A program made the position numbers and the translations under genes. From positions 248,001 to 312,000 of the forward strand of contig NW_021835997.1 in NCBI RefSeq assembly GCF_006345805.1: a stretch of DNA of 64,000 nt, in the 5' to 3' direction. The notes under the pieces are model-generated. The model was not told where the DNA came from, searched no databases, and saw only the letters and a program-made list of their open reading frames with translations. Source of the DNA: Octopus sinensis (taxonomy: Eukaryota). Below are positions 11,730-21,753 of this stretch, piece by piece (the stretch's first letter is position 1; every line of letters starts with the position of its first letter).

Positions 11730-12752
11730 TCACATGAAGTAGTCGCGGAGGTCAGTGTGGTTGGCGGAGAGGGGTGAGTGAGTGAACTGTACACTGGAAA
11801 TGAGGGGAGGGAGTGTACAAAGTAGTGTGTAGGTGTGTGTCCAACTTCATGAAGGCAGCCATGTTGCCACTGCGGTAGCAGTAATTGGGGGCGGAGAAGA
11901 GAGTGAGGACAGCTTGGTGGTGACACCAATTGTATCCCTGTGAGTGAGAAATGGGGAGAACAGTCATGGCGAGTTGGTGAGCACGGGCAATGAAGTGTAT
12001 GTGATTGTGGTGGACGAACAGAGTGGTGATGTCGGGACCAAAGACATAGCCGGCGCCCCTGGGAGAGACATTCCAGGAGGGGAAGTCGTCGGGGTCAGAC
12101 CAGAGAATGTCAGTCATAGCACCCTGGAGTGAGTGGAGAGTATACTTCGTGGGGGATTTCCTGGATTCGGTCGAGAGTGCGAATGTGGTCAATCGAGTCG
12201 ATGGAGGGAGACAGTCCTCCGTGCACGGCAAACACTCGGTCGTCGATGACAGCGCACAGGGGGAGGTAGTCGAACACGTCAGTCAGCAGTCTCCACACTT
12301 GCACGTCCCCGTACTTTTGCGCACACTCGTCGTAGAACCCATAAACCTGCGTTATTTGCCGACATTCGTGATTCCCCCGCAGTAGGCTCACCTTCCCCGG
12401 GTACCTCACCTCCATTCACCACTCACACTACCTTCAGTGCTAACAACAGGCACACTGTCTCCACCGAGTGATGTCCTCGGTCCACGTAGTCACCCAAAAA
12501 CAGGTACTTTTCCTCACCCACCTCACCACTCCTCTCCAACATTTCCAACAAGTCGTACAATTGCCCGTGCACGTCACCACACACTGTCAGTGGAGTACTC
12601 ACCTGTTCCACGTTTAGTTCCCCTGACAATACCTCCTTGCTCTACCACTCACTCACATCACACACCATGTAACACAACATTCGCACTTCACACACTCCCA
12701 ACACCTCGCACTTCCGCAGTCGGCTCACCCACTTGTCCACTTCACTACACAT
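11730..12752 (-). CDS. PP2A-type Ser/Thr phosphatase catalytic subunit, divergent, apparently intact; five 22-25 nt introns
   Basis: GDVHGQ, GDYVDRG, RGNHE, HGGLSP, WSDP, RGAGY, RAHQL, GYNWCH and SAPNYCYR are all present in frame after splicing. The protein ends ...LRDYFM-stop. Confidence 0.92.
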
Positions 12753-12869
12753 CTTTTATTACATTCTAACATTATTATTTTTGTTAAACACAAAACTAAA
12801 GATATATAGTCCCGACGTATAACTGATCGACATAGGAAATCACCAAAGTTGAAATAAACAGTTTGAACC

Positions 12870-13640
12870 AATTTCATCTGAATGATGGCAACTTTTTGGC
12901 CATAAGACTGGGCAGTCTCATTGCGGTGGAAAGTTCTTTTGTCCGATCTGAAGGGACATTCCGTGAAAGACCCAGAGCCATCGCAGCTATAAACAAAAAA
13001 TTGCAAAGTGGAGAGAATCTCGACGCACTACAAACAAAATGTTACTGTCCTACGCAGACTACATTATTATTGCTTCTAAACACGCAGACGACATATCAGC
13101 TTATTTTAACATCCAGCAACTACTATACTCCGTCGAGAATTGGCTCATTGAGAACAGGCTCGGTCACCTTATTATATTCCGATAGAAGACAATCAAACCT
13201 ACACCCCAAGTTATCTTTCTTTGGTTCTGACCTTCCGTTATAAAATCCGACTATCCTCGGAATTACCTTTGATTTAACTACGTCTTTAAAAAAACATTTC
13301 TCAAACATTTCTGACAAGGCAAACAGACATCCTAAAAGTAATAACTGGTCACATTACTGGTACCCAGAAGCTACTCGTCAAACAAGTTACAGTATTAAGT
13401 AACGCGAGTCCACGGTGAGCACCCTGCTTATCTACAAGCTCGACAATGACACTTGAATCAGTACAAAACAAGGTCATGCGCACTATATCTGGGTATCTAA
13501 AATACTCCAATCGATCACCTCCATTGTGAAACATACATTTTATCGATTGACGAACATCTAAATATGCGAGGAGCACAATTCCTATTTTCATCTTGAAATT
13601 CCTACGATCTTTGTCCTGCTCTACATTTGCTAAACGGAAA
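12870..13640 (+). mobile_element. Highly degenerate LINE reverse transcriptase remnant
   Basis: Frame-broken LLSYADYIII...VENWLIENRL followed by thumb-like text; many stops. Confidence 0.55.
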
Positions 13641-13719
13641 TGGTCGTTAACTAAAGAATACGCCAGCGACTCTATATTCTCAGACCCTTGCTAAAATTGA
13701 TGGTCTGCACAGATGTTCA

Positions 13720-14150
13720 CATCCAATTAAAAACATTCACAATTCAATCTCAACGTCAGAAATTCTCAAGCCGTCAGAAATTCTATATTTATAGTATTCA
13801 GTATGGCCGAAAAATTCTTCCATGGCCATATTGCAAGGTGTTTCTTTCTTCATTCGTAAAATATGTCCAAACAGGCGCCAGCGGGTTTCAAGTACATTTA
13901 GACTTATAGGCCCGCAGTTAGCTAACCTGTATAATTTATCATTTGATATTTTCTTGGGCCACGAGTAGCCGAGGAGTTTTCTCAGTTGACCCCTGTGGAA
14001 AGAGTCAAGTTGCTCCATGTTTTTCTTTAATGTTCCCCAAGTACCTGCGTTGTACATGAGGACAGGTCGGACAAATGCATCATATAATCGTAGGCGCATC
14101 TTAGTCGAAATTTGGTTAACCACTATGCACACAAAATGGACATCTCCCCC
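13720..14150 (-). mobile_element. RTE-like non-LTR retrotransposon C-terminal fragment
   Basis: RLYDAFVRPVLMYNAGTW...FHRGQLRKLLG..W...ISNDKLY...RWRLFGHILRM is the typical RTE-type RT thumb region. Confidence 0.75.
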
Positions 14151-14394
14151 TTATATAATATTTGCTGTGCTGACAAACACTCAACTGCTCATCTATTCCA
14201 CTGTCCTAGTCTTGTTTTACTCCGCGAAAAATTTGATACTCACTCCCCCGAGGTCCTATGGGACCAACCTTAAAAGGCGCTGTTATTTCTGCTAACTGCT
14301 GGTCTGATGATCGGGGTTAACAACAACACGGAAACGCAAAGGACACTAACCGTGAAACAAGGAAAATTAAATTAGCTTACATTTAAGCACATTT

Positions 14395-14640
14395 TATTGA
14401 CCAAAGGACCAGGGTAAACCAATCAATTATAATCCCCCGTGATCCCCGATTCAAGCGATGGAGATCCTTCTGAAAGGTTCCTGCCCACAATGATCGGACT
14501 GAGATGACAATGTCCCAGGGTCAGAGTTCTAGAAGTCCTTTTTCGGTAAGCATTAAGTGCCTCCTGAGCGTTTCCATATTCGATTGGAAGTTCCAACTGA
14601 TATGGTAGACCGCATAACGCCACGCTAAGACCGGAAGCCT
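14395..14640 (-). repeat. Retroposon 3' tail module shared with the SINE at 56393-56815
   Basis: About 240 bp of strong similarity to 56416-56660, ending ...GGTCCTTTGGTCAATAAAA on the minus strand. Confidence 0.85.
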
Positions 14641-15129
14641 TTTTTGCCTCCGAATTTACACTCTCATCACCAAAACATTTCAAAAATTCAAATAATGAGG
14701 ATACCTCGTGAAGAAAAGCCACTAGAGGGGCAGGCTCGACCAGAAAGTCCCTCAAAGTAGCAATAACACAGGACCCAAGAAAAGGAAAGCCCAGCGCTAT
14801 CTTTATGAGCACTTGAACGCAGGAAAGCAAAAGTGGAAATATCAAAATGGTCTTGGAAGCCTCGAGCTTGTGGTTGAGTTGAGTCTTGAGGTTATTCCAA
14901 AGACTTCGGCGACTGTGCCCTCATAATACTGCTCTCCTCATAAGCCGTGTGTCCCATCGATATGAGCAGCACAGAACAACTCCGAAATGATCTGTGGTAA
15001 CGACGTCGATTAAATATTCTGCTGGAAAGACAGGAAGAAAGAAGTGCAAGTTCATTCTCATACAATTCCTTGGGAGTATTGAATAGGAGGGGACGTCTGC
15101 GATAAATAAAGAGAGGACAACTGGGGAAT

Positions 15130-15870
15130 ATTCCGGGTATCATCCCCTCGGGTATTGTGGAATATCATTGTGCAAAAATTTACAAAAATGACATCAGAAA
15201 TTGGCTTTTGACTCCACTTATCCACGTTTTCAAGTTTGCCGACTGTAGATTTGAGTGAAGACAACTTAAATGAATAAAACCGGCCTACTAGTTGGACTAT
15301 AATACTCCACTGGTCTCCATTCAGGACCATTTTTGACTCAACTTTACACCTTCTCTGCTCTACCAAACGACAGGAGAATTTCTCTGAGGACCAAACAGAG
15401 CGAAAAAAGCAATTCGAACCTGAATTATAAAAATAAATAAAATATAAATTCTGGTCGAGTTTGTGAAAGATGGACACAAAATCGTTCAGGATACAACAGA
15501 GAACACGTGCTGTTGTCTCCTCCAATAGATACCCTGCAGACATTGAGGTTATTTTGTCAACCTTTGTTCGTCGATGGGGGTACAAAAGTGATTTTTTGTA
15601 TTCCGGAGAGGAGGGATGTGAACACCGGTAACAATTTGTCAGCGAACTACATTTTACGTAATAATATTACTTTGAAATTTGATTTTACAAAATATACTCC
15701 GAGGGCGACTAAACCTTCGAAGGTTGATTTTTTAAAGAGAATATTTTTGTGGGACAGTTCGGGGTATTGTGACAAAATCGCCGAAATCTATCATGTATAG
15801 ATACTCTTGCCTTATTCCATTCCAAATCTTTGATCTTGGCGAAACAGAGGGTGGCATTTTTAAACGAAAA
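15130..15870 (-). pseudogene. Probable phosphatidylinositol 4-kinase alpha N-terminal fragment (truncated)
   Basis: Spliced text FSFKNATLCFAKIK...GLVALGVYFVKSNFKFADKLLP...ETTARVLCCILNDFV...LVGRFYS resembles the PI4KA N-terminus. No kinase domain follows. Confidence 0.5.
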
Positions 15871-15979
15871 TGTAAAGTTATTTATTTAAAATTTAGATAT
15901 TATTTTATTTATATAAATATAATATTAATTGATAAATATAGTTTTAAATATTGCCCAAAAAAATGATTTAATTGCTAAA

Positions 15980-16370
15980 ATGGAAGAGACAGTTGCACAA
16001 ATTAAACAAGATTCATCACTCGAACTCAACGCTGCGTTGTGGAACTACAACTTATTGCATGAACGACATGAAAGGTCGTCTGTTTGTCCATATCTATAGG
16101 CTAAAGGAGAGCTATTCCAATCCACAAGTATTAAGTTCTTCCCTGGAAACGCGTCTTTTAAGTATGGCAAAGAATATGAGGAACAATCAAGAATCGCCGG
16201 ATCTTTCTTCTCTTGTTCAAATAAACAGTGAAAATGTACCAAAAAATGAATTTCATCGAAAATAAACTCAGAATAAAACACGACGGCCTGGTCTGATTCC
16301 TTCCTCGCCGTTAAGCTTTGGAGGAATGTTGGAAAGGTCCGTACAACTCTACAAAGTTTGATTATTGTCA
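15980..16370 (+). pseudogene. Unidentified micro-intron gene fragment, head-to-head with the PI4KA-like fragment
   Basis: ATG 15980, a clean 25-nt GT-AG intron and a coding-like frame with an in-frame TAA at 16263-16265; no family recognised. Confidence 0.35.
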
Positions 16371-17137
16371 GAATTTCATTTCCAATAAAACGATGTGTGG
16401 TTTAATAAATAAAAATGTCTTCTCAAAATATATTTTTCCAAATAGTCTTTGTAATGTGTCAATTTTTGTGTAATGTAAAAGAAAACGATGATTTAGTTTG
16501 AGAGATAAACTGGCTAATACGATGATCATTTTGGTCCTTGTTTCAAAACAGGTAGAACACCCATCTATGTAAATTGTCCAAATGCCAATCCTCAGTACTT
16601 GTTGGAACAATTAAAATAAATATAGACAACAAAATGGCACATTATCACTAGCTGCCAGTTAGAACACTCATTACTGCAGCTTTGCGAGCTAATTGCTTCG
16701 CAAAACGGTTAATTCGATTGTTAAACACATTACTAAAAATAAATTATGTTTTGTCGTGTTTCTAATTTGAAAAACCTACATTTTAGAATATTGCTCACTT
16801 TTATACTGAGACATTTGAAGACGGTGCTTTGTTCTGTCGGCATAAACAAAGCCTTTGAATCGGCCTTTAGGAAAATTCTATCAAAATATTTCAAAATGTA
16901 TTAATGTATTTAATGTATAATGTATTTTGAAACGACCAAAGACATTGGAATGGGGCCAAAATAACGAGAATGTTCTGATTTGTTAACATTATCTCCTTCT
17001 ACCCAAACATAGGAATAGGAATAGGAAGTTTTATTGGAAACAGAGAAGGGTTAAAGGTTAGGGGGGAGTTTGTATAATGAAACAATAGGACTACCCTATC
17101 GACTTCTTCCCAGAAAAAAAAAGAGACCCCCTCAAGT

Positions 17138-17169
<32 letters not shown>

Positions 17170-19113
17170 CTACCTCTGCAGGTACGTCCCAGTGACAATT
17201 GAGTTGGATTTATAACCACTTATAGCTTTTTCGACAGTTTCACCGACCATGGAGGATTTACTTTCAAGCCACAGGGGGATTGGATCTTCAACTTTTTGGT
17301 GGTAAGCAAGCTTCAAAGCGAGCCTGCGAGACTTTTCAAATTTAGTTAAGATGGTGTCCTTCTTTTTAGAGAAGTACCATCCCTCTTTTCCGTATAGTAG
17401 TCCCGGTAGGATCACCGTATTGAAAACGTAGAGGAAAGTATCAGGCTCCAAATTTAACTTCCTCAGGCAGAACAGAGCATTAGTTGCTTTCCTTTTACTT
17501 AATTTTGCGTTTTCGAGATAGTTTCCCTTTTCATCGATGAACAAGCCAAGATATTTAATTGAGTTTTGTCGAGGTATGTTCTTGATCAGGCACGGTAAAT
17601 TTATTAAATTTCTGCTTTCTGTGATTCTCAGTAATGCGGACTTCTCACGCGCAATAATGAACATATTTTCATCGCACCATTGCTCCACTGTATTCATATA
17701 TGATATAATCCTTTGTTCGGATAAGGCAGGTTTCGATGAAATGTCAAGGATTACAACATCATCGGCGTATATCAAAATTTCCGTCCGTGTGTTGACAGGA
17801 GACGGCAGATTGCTCATCACAATGTTGAATAATAGAGGACTGAGGACTGATCCTTGAGGGACGCCTCTTTTAAGTTTCAGTTCATCCGAGTCATAGTTCA
17901 GAAAGCTTATCACAGAGCGCCTGTCGCGGAGGAAGTCTTTTAGCCATAGGAATAGTCCTTTGTCTATGTGACACTTCGCCAGATGTCTAAGGAGACCGAG
18001 GTGCCAAACCATATCAAAGGCTTTTGAGATGTCTAGAGACACAATTGTCAGACACTCTTTGAAATCCAGAGCCTTTACAATCGACGAATTGAGTGTATAA
18101 AGACAGTCAGCACAGGAACGACCCCTCCGAAAGCCCCACTGCACGTCTTTGAGATAACCATTTCTCTCGACGTGTTCAGAGAGTCGTTCAAACATTACCC
18201 TTTCCATTATTCGACTGATGGTAGGAATTAGGCTTATAGGCCTATAACTTGTCGCCAAGTAACCAGGTTTTCCAGGCTTCCGTATCATCCTTACCTCCGT
18301 CAGTTTCCATGAAGAAGGGACGTATCCCAAGCTCACACTGCGGGAGAAGAGACATCCCAAATATTCGTAAAGTTGCTTGGGAGCTTCTTTGAACATGCGC
18401 ATGGTTATCTTGTCCTTTCCCGGAGCGTTATTTTTGGAGTATCTAACTGCATTTTCCACGTCTTTGCACGTTATAGATTCCGAGCACATTGGTAATGAGC
18501 TAAGATTGTCTTCCAACTCTTTTTCCATATCAAACAAAGCTGAATCAGATAGATTTGTATCCGGATTGACTTCTTGTATTCTTTTGAGACTATCAGCAAA
18601 TATGTTCGGGATTTCTTCATGAGATGCAGGGGATCCATCTTGTTTTAGCAGTTTAGGTATAGTTTTCTCAGACGTCGAGATTAATTTCGAGTAGACCTTC
18701 CAAAAATTTGGACTTCCTTTATGTAGCTTTTTGCACTCAGTATTCCATTTTTTATCCTTCGCCACCTTCGCCGATTTTCTTATTTCTTCCGTAATGGTGA
18801 AGATTTCACTTTCCAAAACGGACCGGTCACGAAAATCTGCGCAGCGCCGGAGTTTGTTCCTTAGACATTGTTTTTTCCTTAGTAGGATTTCAACATTCAT
18901 GTTTGGCATGTGAGTTTTCCTATTGTTTGAGACGATTTTTGTAGAATATGTTTCCAGATAAGACTTTATGTATCCAATAAGGGAATTGCTAGACTTCTCG
19001 AGGTCCTCAGATGAAGAATTTTCGTCAAGTTTAGGAGCGAAATTGCTCAGATAAAGTGTAAAACAGCGAAATTGCTCAGATAAAGTGAAAAATACCAGCA
19101 CGGGTATACGCAT
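17170..19113 (-). CDS. LINE ORF2 reverse transcriptase portion (no endonuclease in this orientation)
   Basis: Uninterrupted ORF with APGKDKI, YRPISL, QWGFRRGRS, DISKAFD, GVPQGSVLSP, YADD and KYLG. Confidence 0.93.
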   Translation of the reverse strand: MRIPVLVFFTLSEQFRCFTLYLSNFAPKLDENSSSEDLEKSSNSLIGYIKSYLETYSTKIVSNNRKTHMPNMNVEILLRKKQCLRNKLRRCADFRDRSVLESEIFTITEEIRKSAKVAKDKKWNTECKKLHKGSPNFWKVYSKLISTSEKTIPKLLKQDGSPASHEEIPNIFADSLKRIQEVNPDTNLSDSALFDMEKELEDNLSSLPMCSESITCKDVENAVRYSKNNAPGKDKITMRMFKEAPKQLYEYLGCLFSRSVSLGYVPSSWKLTEVRMIRKPGKPGYLATSYRPISLIPTISRIMERVMFERLSEHVERNGYLKDVQWGFRRGRSCADCLYTLNSSIVKALDFKECLTIVSLDISKAFDMVWHLGLLRHLAKCHIDKGLFLWLKDFLRDRRSVISFLNYDSDELKLKRGVPQGSVLSPLLFNIVMSNLPSPVNTRTEILIYADDVVILDISSKPALSEQRIISYMNTVEQWCDENMFIIAREKSALLRITESRNLINLPCLIKNIPRQNSIKYLGLFIDEKGNYLENAKLSKRKATNALFCLRKLNLEPDTFLYVFNTVILPGLLYGKEGWYFSKKKDTILTKFEKSRRLALKLAYHQKVEDPIPLWLESKSSMVGETVEKAISGYKSNSIVTGTYLQR

Positions 19114-20281
19114 GACACGTTTCGTTTCTCGTGGTGCAAAAAATAAAACTATCAAAAACTCAAAATCTTCTGTGTCTCAAGAGCTTGAACGCAAAGATGA
19201 AATCCGTATCAAAGATGAGGAGGGGTCACACTCCTCTCAAGTCTCTTTGAACAATCCAAACTGTACTGAGTCTCTTGTCCTCTCGCTGCAGATAAAAAAT
19301 TATGCGATTGGACGAATAAAGTCCTTTAATATTCTAACCAAATCCGAGACTGCACAGAAGGCCCGAATTACTGCCAGGAAGTCTGGGGACTTTACCCTCG
19401 AATTCTCAAATTCTAGTGATAGGGACTCGTTTGTGAATGACTTCGAGTATAACAAACCATTTGGCCAGGACGGCCATTATATTTCTGCGTGCAGTCTGCA
19501 ACCATCGACCGTAGTCTTGAAGGGAATACCATCTTGGGTCTCCGAGGAAGACCTGGATCTTTACCTCAAAGAAATTCTCAACCCCGGTTTTACTTTCCAA
19601 CGGTTCTACAAAAATGGACGGAGTATACCTGTTGGAAAGTTGAGTCTGAATTCGAGGGCAGAAGCCACTTCGCTTGTAAGGATGGGAATCGAAGTGGGAT
19701 TTCAAAAAATACGATGCGAATGGTTTAAAAACCCAGCAACAAGATGCTTTCGCTGCCAACAATTTGGTCACATTGCTAACTTCTGCAAAGAAGTGGAAAG
19801 ATGTCTTTTCTGTGGTGGTGATCATAATATGAAAATGTGCCCGATTAAAGGAAAAACTGAGAAAAAATGTATAAACTGCGGTCTGAGTGGGCATTTGGCT
19901 TGCTACGGTGGCTGCTCTTCAGCTAAGGCAGCCACTGAACAACTAAAAAAGCAGCTCAGTGCCAGGGACAGACTGGCCAAAGCAGAACACTCAAAAACTG
20001 TATGGTCAAAAGCGGAGGCCGTTGAATCTGTATGGCGAAAACCCTCAATTTCCCGCTGTTTTGACTCCTCAACGCAAACAGATGTTAGTGAAGACGCAAC
20101 TTTGCCTCCCAATACACAACACACAGAGCCTCCAACCCGCTTTAAGAGGAAAGCACCAACTATCGACGTTGAGCTTACCTCTATGATTCGCAAAATAATC
20201 GCTATATGCGATGAAAAAGGCCTCGATATCAACAATCTGTTGTCCCTTTCTCTTGGAAGGGAAAGGATTGATCAGGCGTGA
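19112..20281 (+). CDS. LINE ORF1 gag-like protein with three zinc knuckles
   Basis: CFRCQQFGHIANFC, CLFCGGDHNMKMC and CINCGLSGHLACYGGC; intact ORF. Confidence 0.92.
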   Translation: MTRFVSRGAKNKTIKNSKSSVSQELERKDEIRIKDEEGSHSSQVSLNNPNCTESLVLSLQIKNYAIGRIKSFNILTKSETAQKARITARKSGDFTLEFSNSSDRDSFVNDFEYNKPFGQDGHYISACSLQPSTVVLKGIPSWVSEEDLDLYLKEILNPGFTFQRFYKNGRSIPVGKLSLNSRAEATSLVRMGIEVGFQKIRCEWFKNPATRCFRCQQFGHIANFCKEVERCLFCGGDHNMKMCPIKGKTEKKCINCGLSGHLACYGGCSSAKAATEQLKKQLSARDRLAKAEHSKTVWSKAEAVESVWRKPSISRCFDSSTQTDVSEDATLPPNTQHTEPPTRFKRKAPTIDVELTSMIRKIIAICDEKGLDINNLLSLSLGRERIDQA

Positions 20282-21016
20282 GCCCCTTTCTGTCTATTAT
20301 CGCTGTGAACGCACGTTCTCTAAAGAGAAGGCGTTCAGAGATTGAGGATATGTTATCCCATAACCCCGTGGACCTTTTGATCGTAAACGAAACAAAAATC
20401 AAAAAACATGATGATTACTACTTGGATGGCTATCGTTCCCTTGATATTAAGTGGAAGCCGGGCTCGATCGCTGGAACAGGCACTTCTATCTACTACAAAT
20501 CAACTCTAAGGGTGAAAAATCTAAAAATTGTGTCCGAGGAATTGTGTGAATTCCTCACAATCGACGTCCTTCTGGAAAAAGGGTGGGTAACAATCGGAGG
20601 GATGTACTCAAAATCCCTTTCCAATTATTCATCGCTTATCAAGGACTTTTTTGCCGATAAACACAATCATTTGTCAATACTCCTCGGGGATCTAAATGCC
20701 AAATGCACATCTTTTGGCTGTCTGAGAACCAACAGGGATGGCATCATTCTTAAGAAGCTTTCAGAATCTCTCAGTTTCTCGGTCATCACATCAAAACCCC
20801 AAATCATTACTCACCAGGAGGGTGGGACTATTTGGGCGTAGCATTGGTCTCTATGTCTACTCTTCAATTTATGGAACAACCGTACACCTTAAATGATATT
20901 GGAAGTGACCATCTACCAATTTTATACAAACTCAACCTTGGACCTTTAAAGGGTAAACCAACTTTTATACGATATAACCTCTCGACTATAAACTGGGAAC
21001 ACTACCGAAAATGTTT
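20278..21016 (+). CDS. LINE ORF2 AP-endonuclease portion (one frameshift near 20832)
   Basis: VNARSL, LIVNET, LGDLNA and GSDHLP motifs; overlaps the ORF1 stop (GTGA). Confidence 0.85.
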
Positions 21017-21753
21017 TACCCAAACATACCCTCGTGGAACCTAAATTATGAATCACTAACGAGTTACTAAATCGACACATCCATTTTTTGAGACCAAATC
21101 ACCTTCCATTGCAACTAAACGCTTAATTAAGAGAACTCCTCGTTCAGTGGGAGACCTAAAAACCACAATGTCACCTCTTAGCTTTATGGTAGGTCAGGTA
21201 CCGTGCAGGTGTCGTGTGGGTAAAGAGGGATCTTAGTAGTATGAGGTCTCCTTCGAAGAGGGTTGGCTCCATTGAACGTCCTTTGACATTGTGGGGTTTC
21301 AAACAAAGTGAAACCATCACTAAACTTAAAATGTTGGAAATAAATGTTTCAAAAATGCAATATGCGACTACACATTTTGTAGTAAATTTAATTGGTAAGA
21401 AATTCAACTGATACTTAATTTATTGTTTATTTTATTGATTTCAAATTAATTTATTTTTATTGTAAAATTAAAATTTTTTGTTGTTTTTAATATTTCTGGA
21501 CTAGTCATTAATTAACTAAATTCTATAAAATAAGCAGTAATGGCTAGGATTTTCATGTTAAAAAACCATTTAGTTTTTTAATTTATTTCCACTTTGAATG
21601 ATTCGTGTTTCTAAAATCTACCAATGATTTGATTTTCGGAATTAAATTTAAAAATTATTAAGTGCTCTTAAAAAAACTAACGTTCTTTTACTGAGTTTAA
21701 AAGGGTCAAAAATGTTTGGTAATTTCATTTAACTATTGAAAGTCTAATCAAAA

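Larger units (their letters stand above)
17012..21016. mobile_element. Near-full-length Jockey/I/R1-type LINE with inverted 5' half (twin-priming structure)
   Basis: TSD TACCCAAACATA at 17000-17011 and 21017-21028. RT half on minus, ORF1+APE half on plus. The 3' end has AATAAA then a (CTATTC)3 tail on minus. Confidence 0.92.
16900..21407 (-). pseudogene. Mitochondrial inner-membrane peptidase (IMMP1L/IMMP2L family, S26) disrupted by the LINE insertion
   Basis: GRSMEPTL..GD, RGDIVVFRSP..LIKRLVAMEGD and VPRGYVWV lie right of the LINE. EGDN..SRYFGPIP resumes left of 17000. The duplicated 12-mer encodes YVWV. Confidence 0.88.

Noticed and set aside
9560-12760. GC-rich block as contaminant, chimera or horizontal transfer
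   Set aside because: Its genes have the same 22-25 nt intron architecture as the AT-rich flanks. Only read support at the edges remains untested.
14295-14365. Hammerhead ribozyme (CTGATGA...GAAA)
   Set aside because: Stem II is bulged with a U-U closing pair, and no convincing stems I and III could be formed. An Infernal search would settle it.
17055-17080. Telomere-like GGTTAAAGGTTAGGG
   Set aside because: Only two degenerate units, inside the LINE 3' region.
17141-17169. Poly-T tract as the 3' terminus of the LINE
   Set aside because: No TSD is adjacent to it; the true TSD lies at 17000-17011 and matches the interrupted gene.
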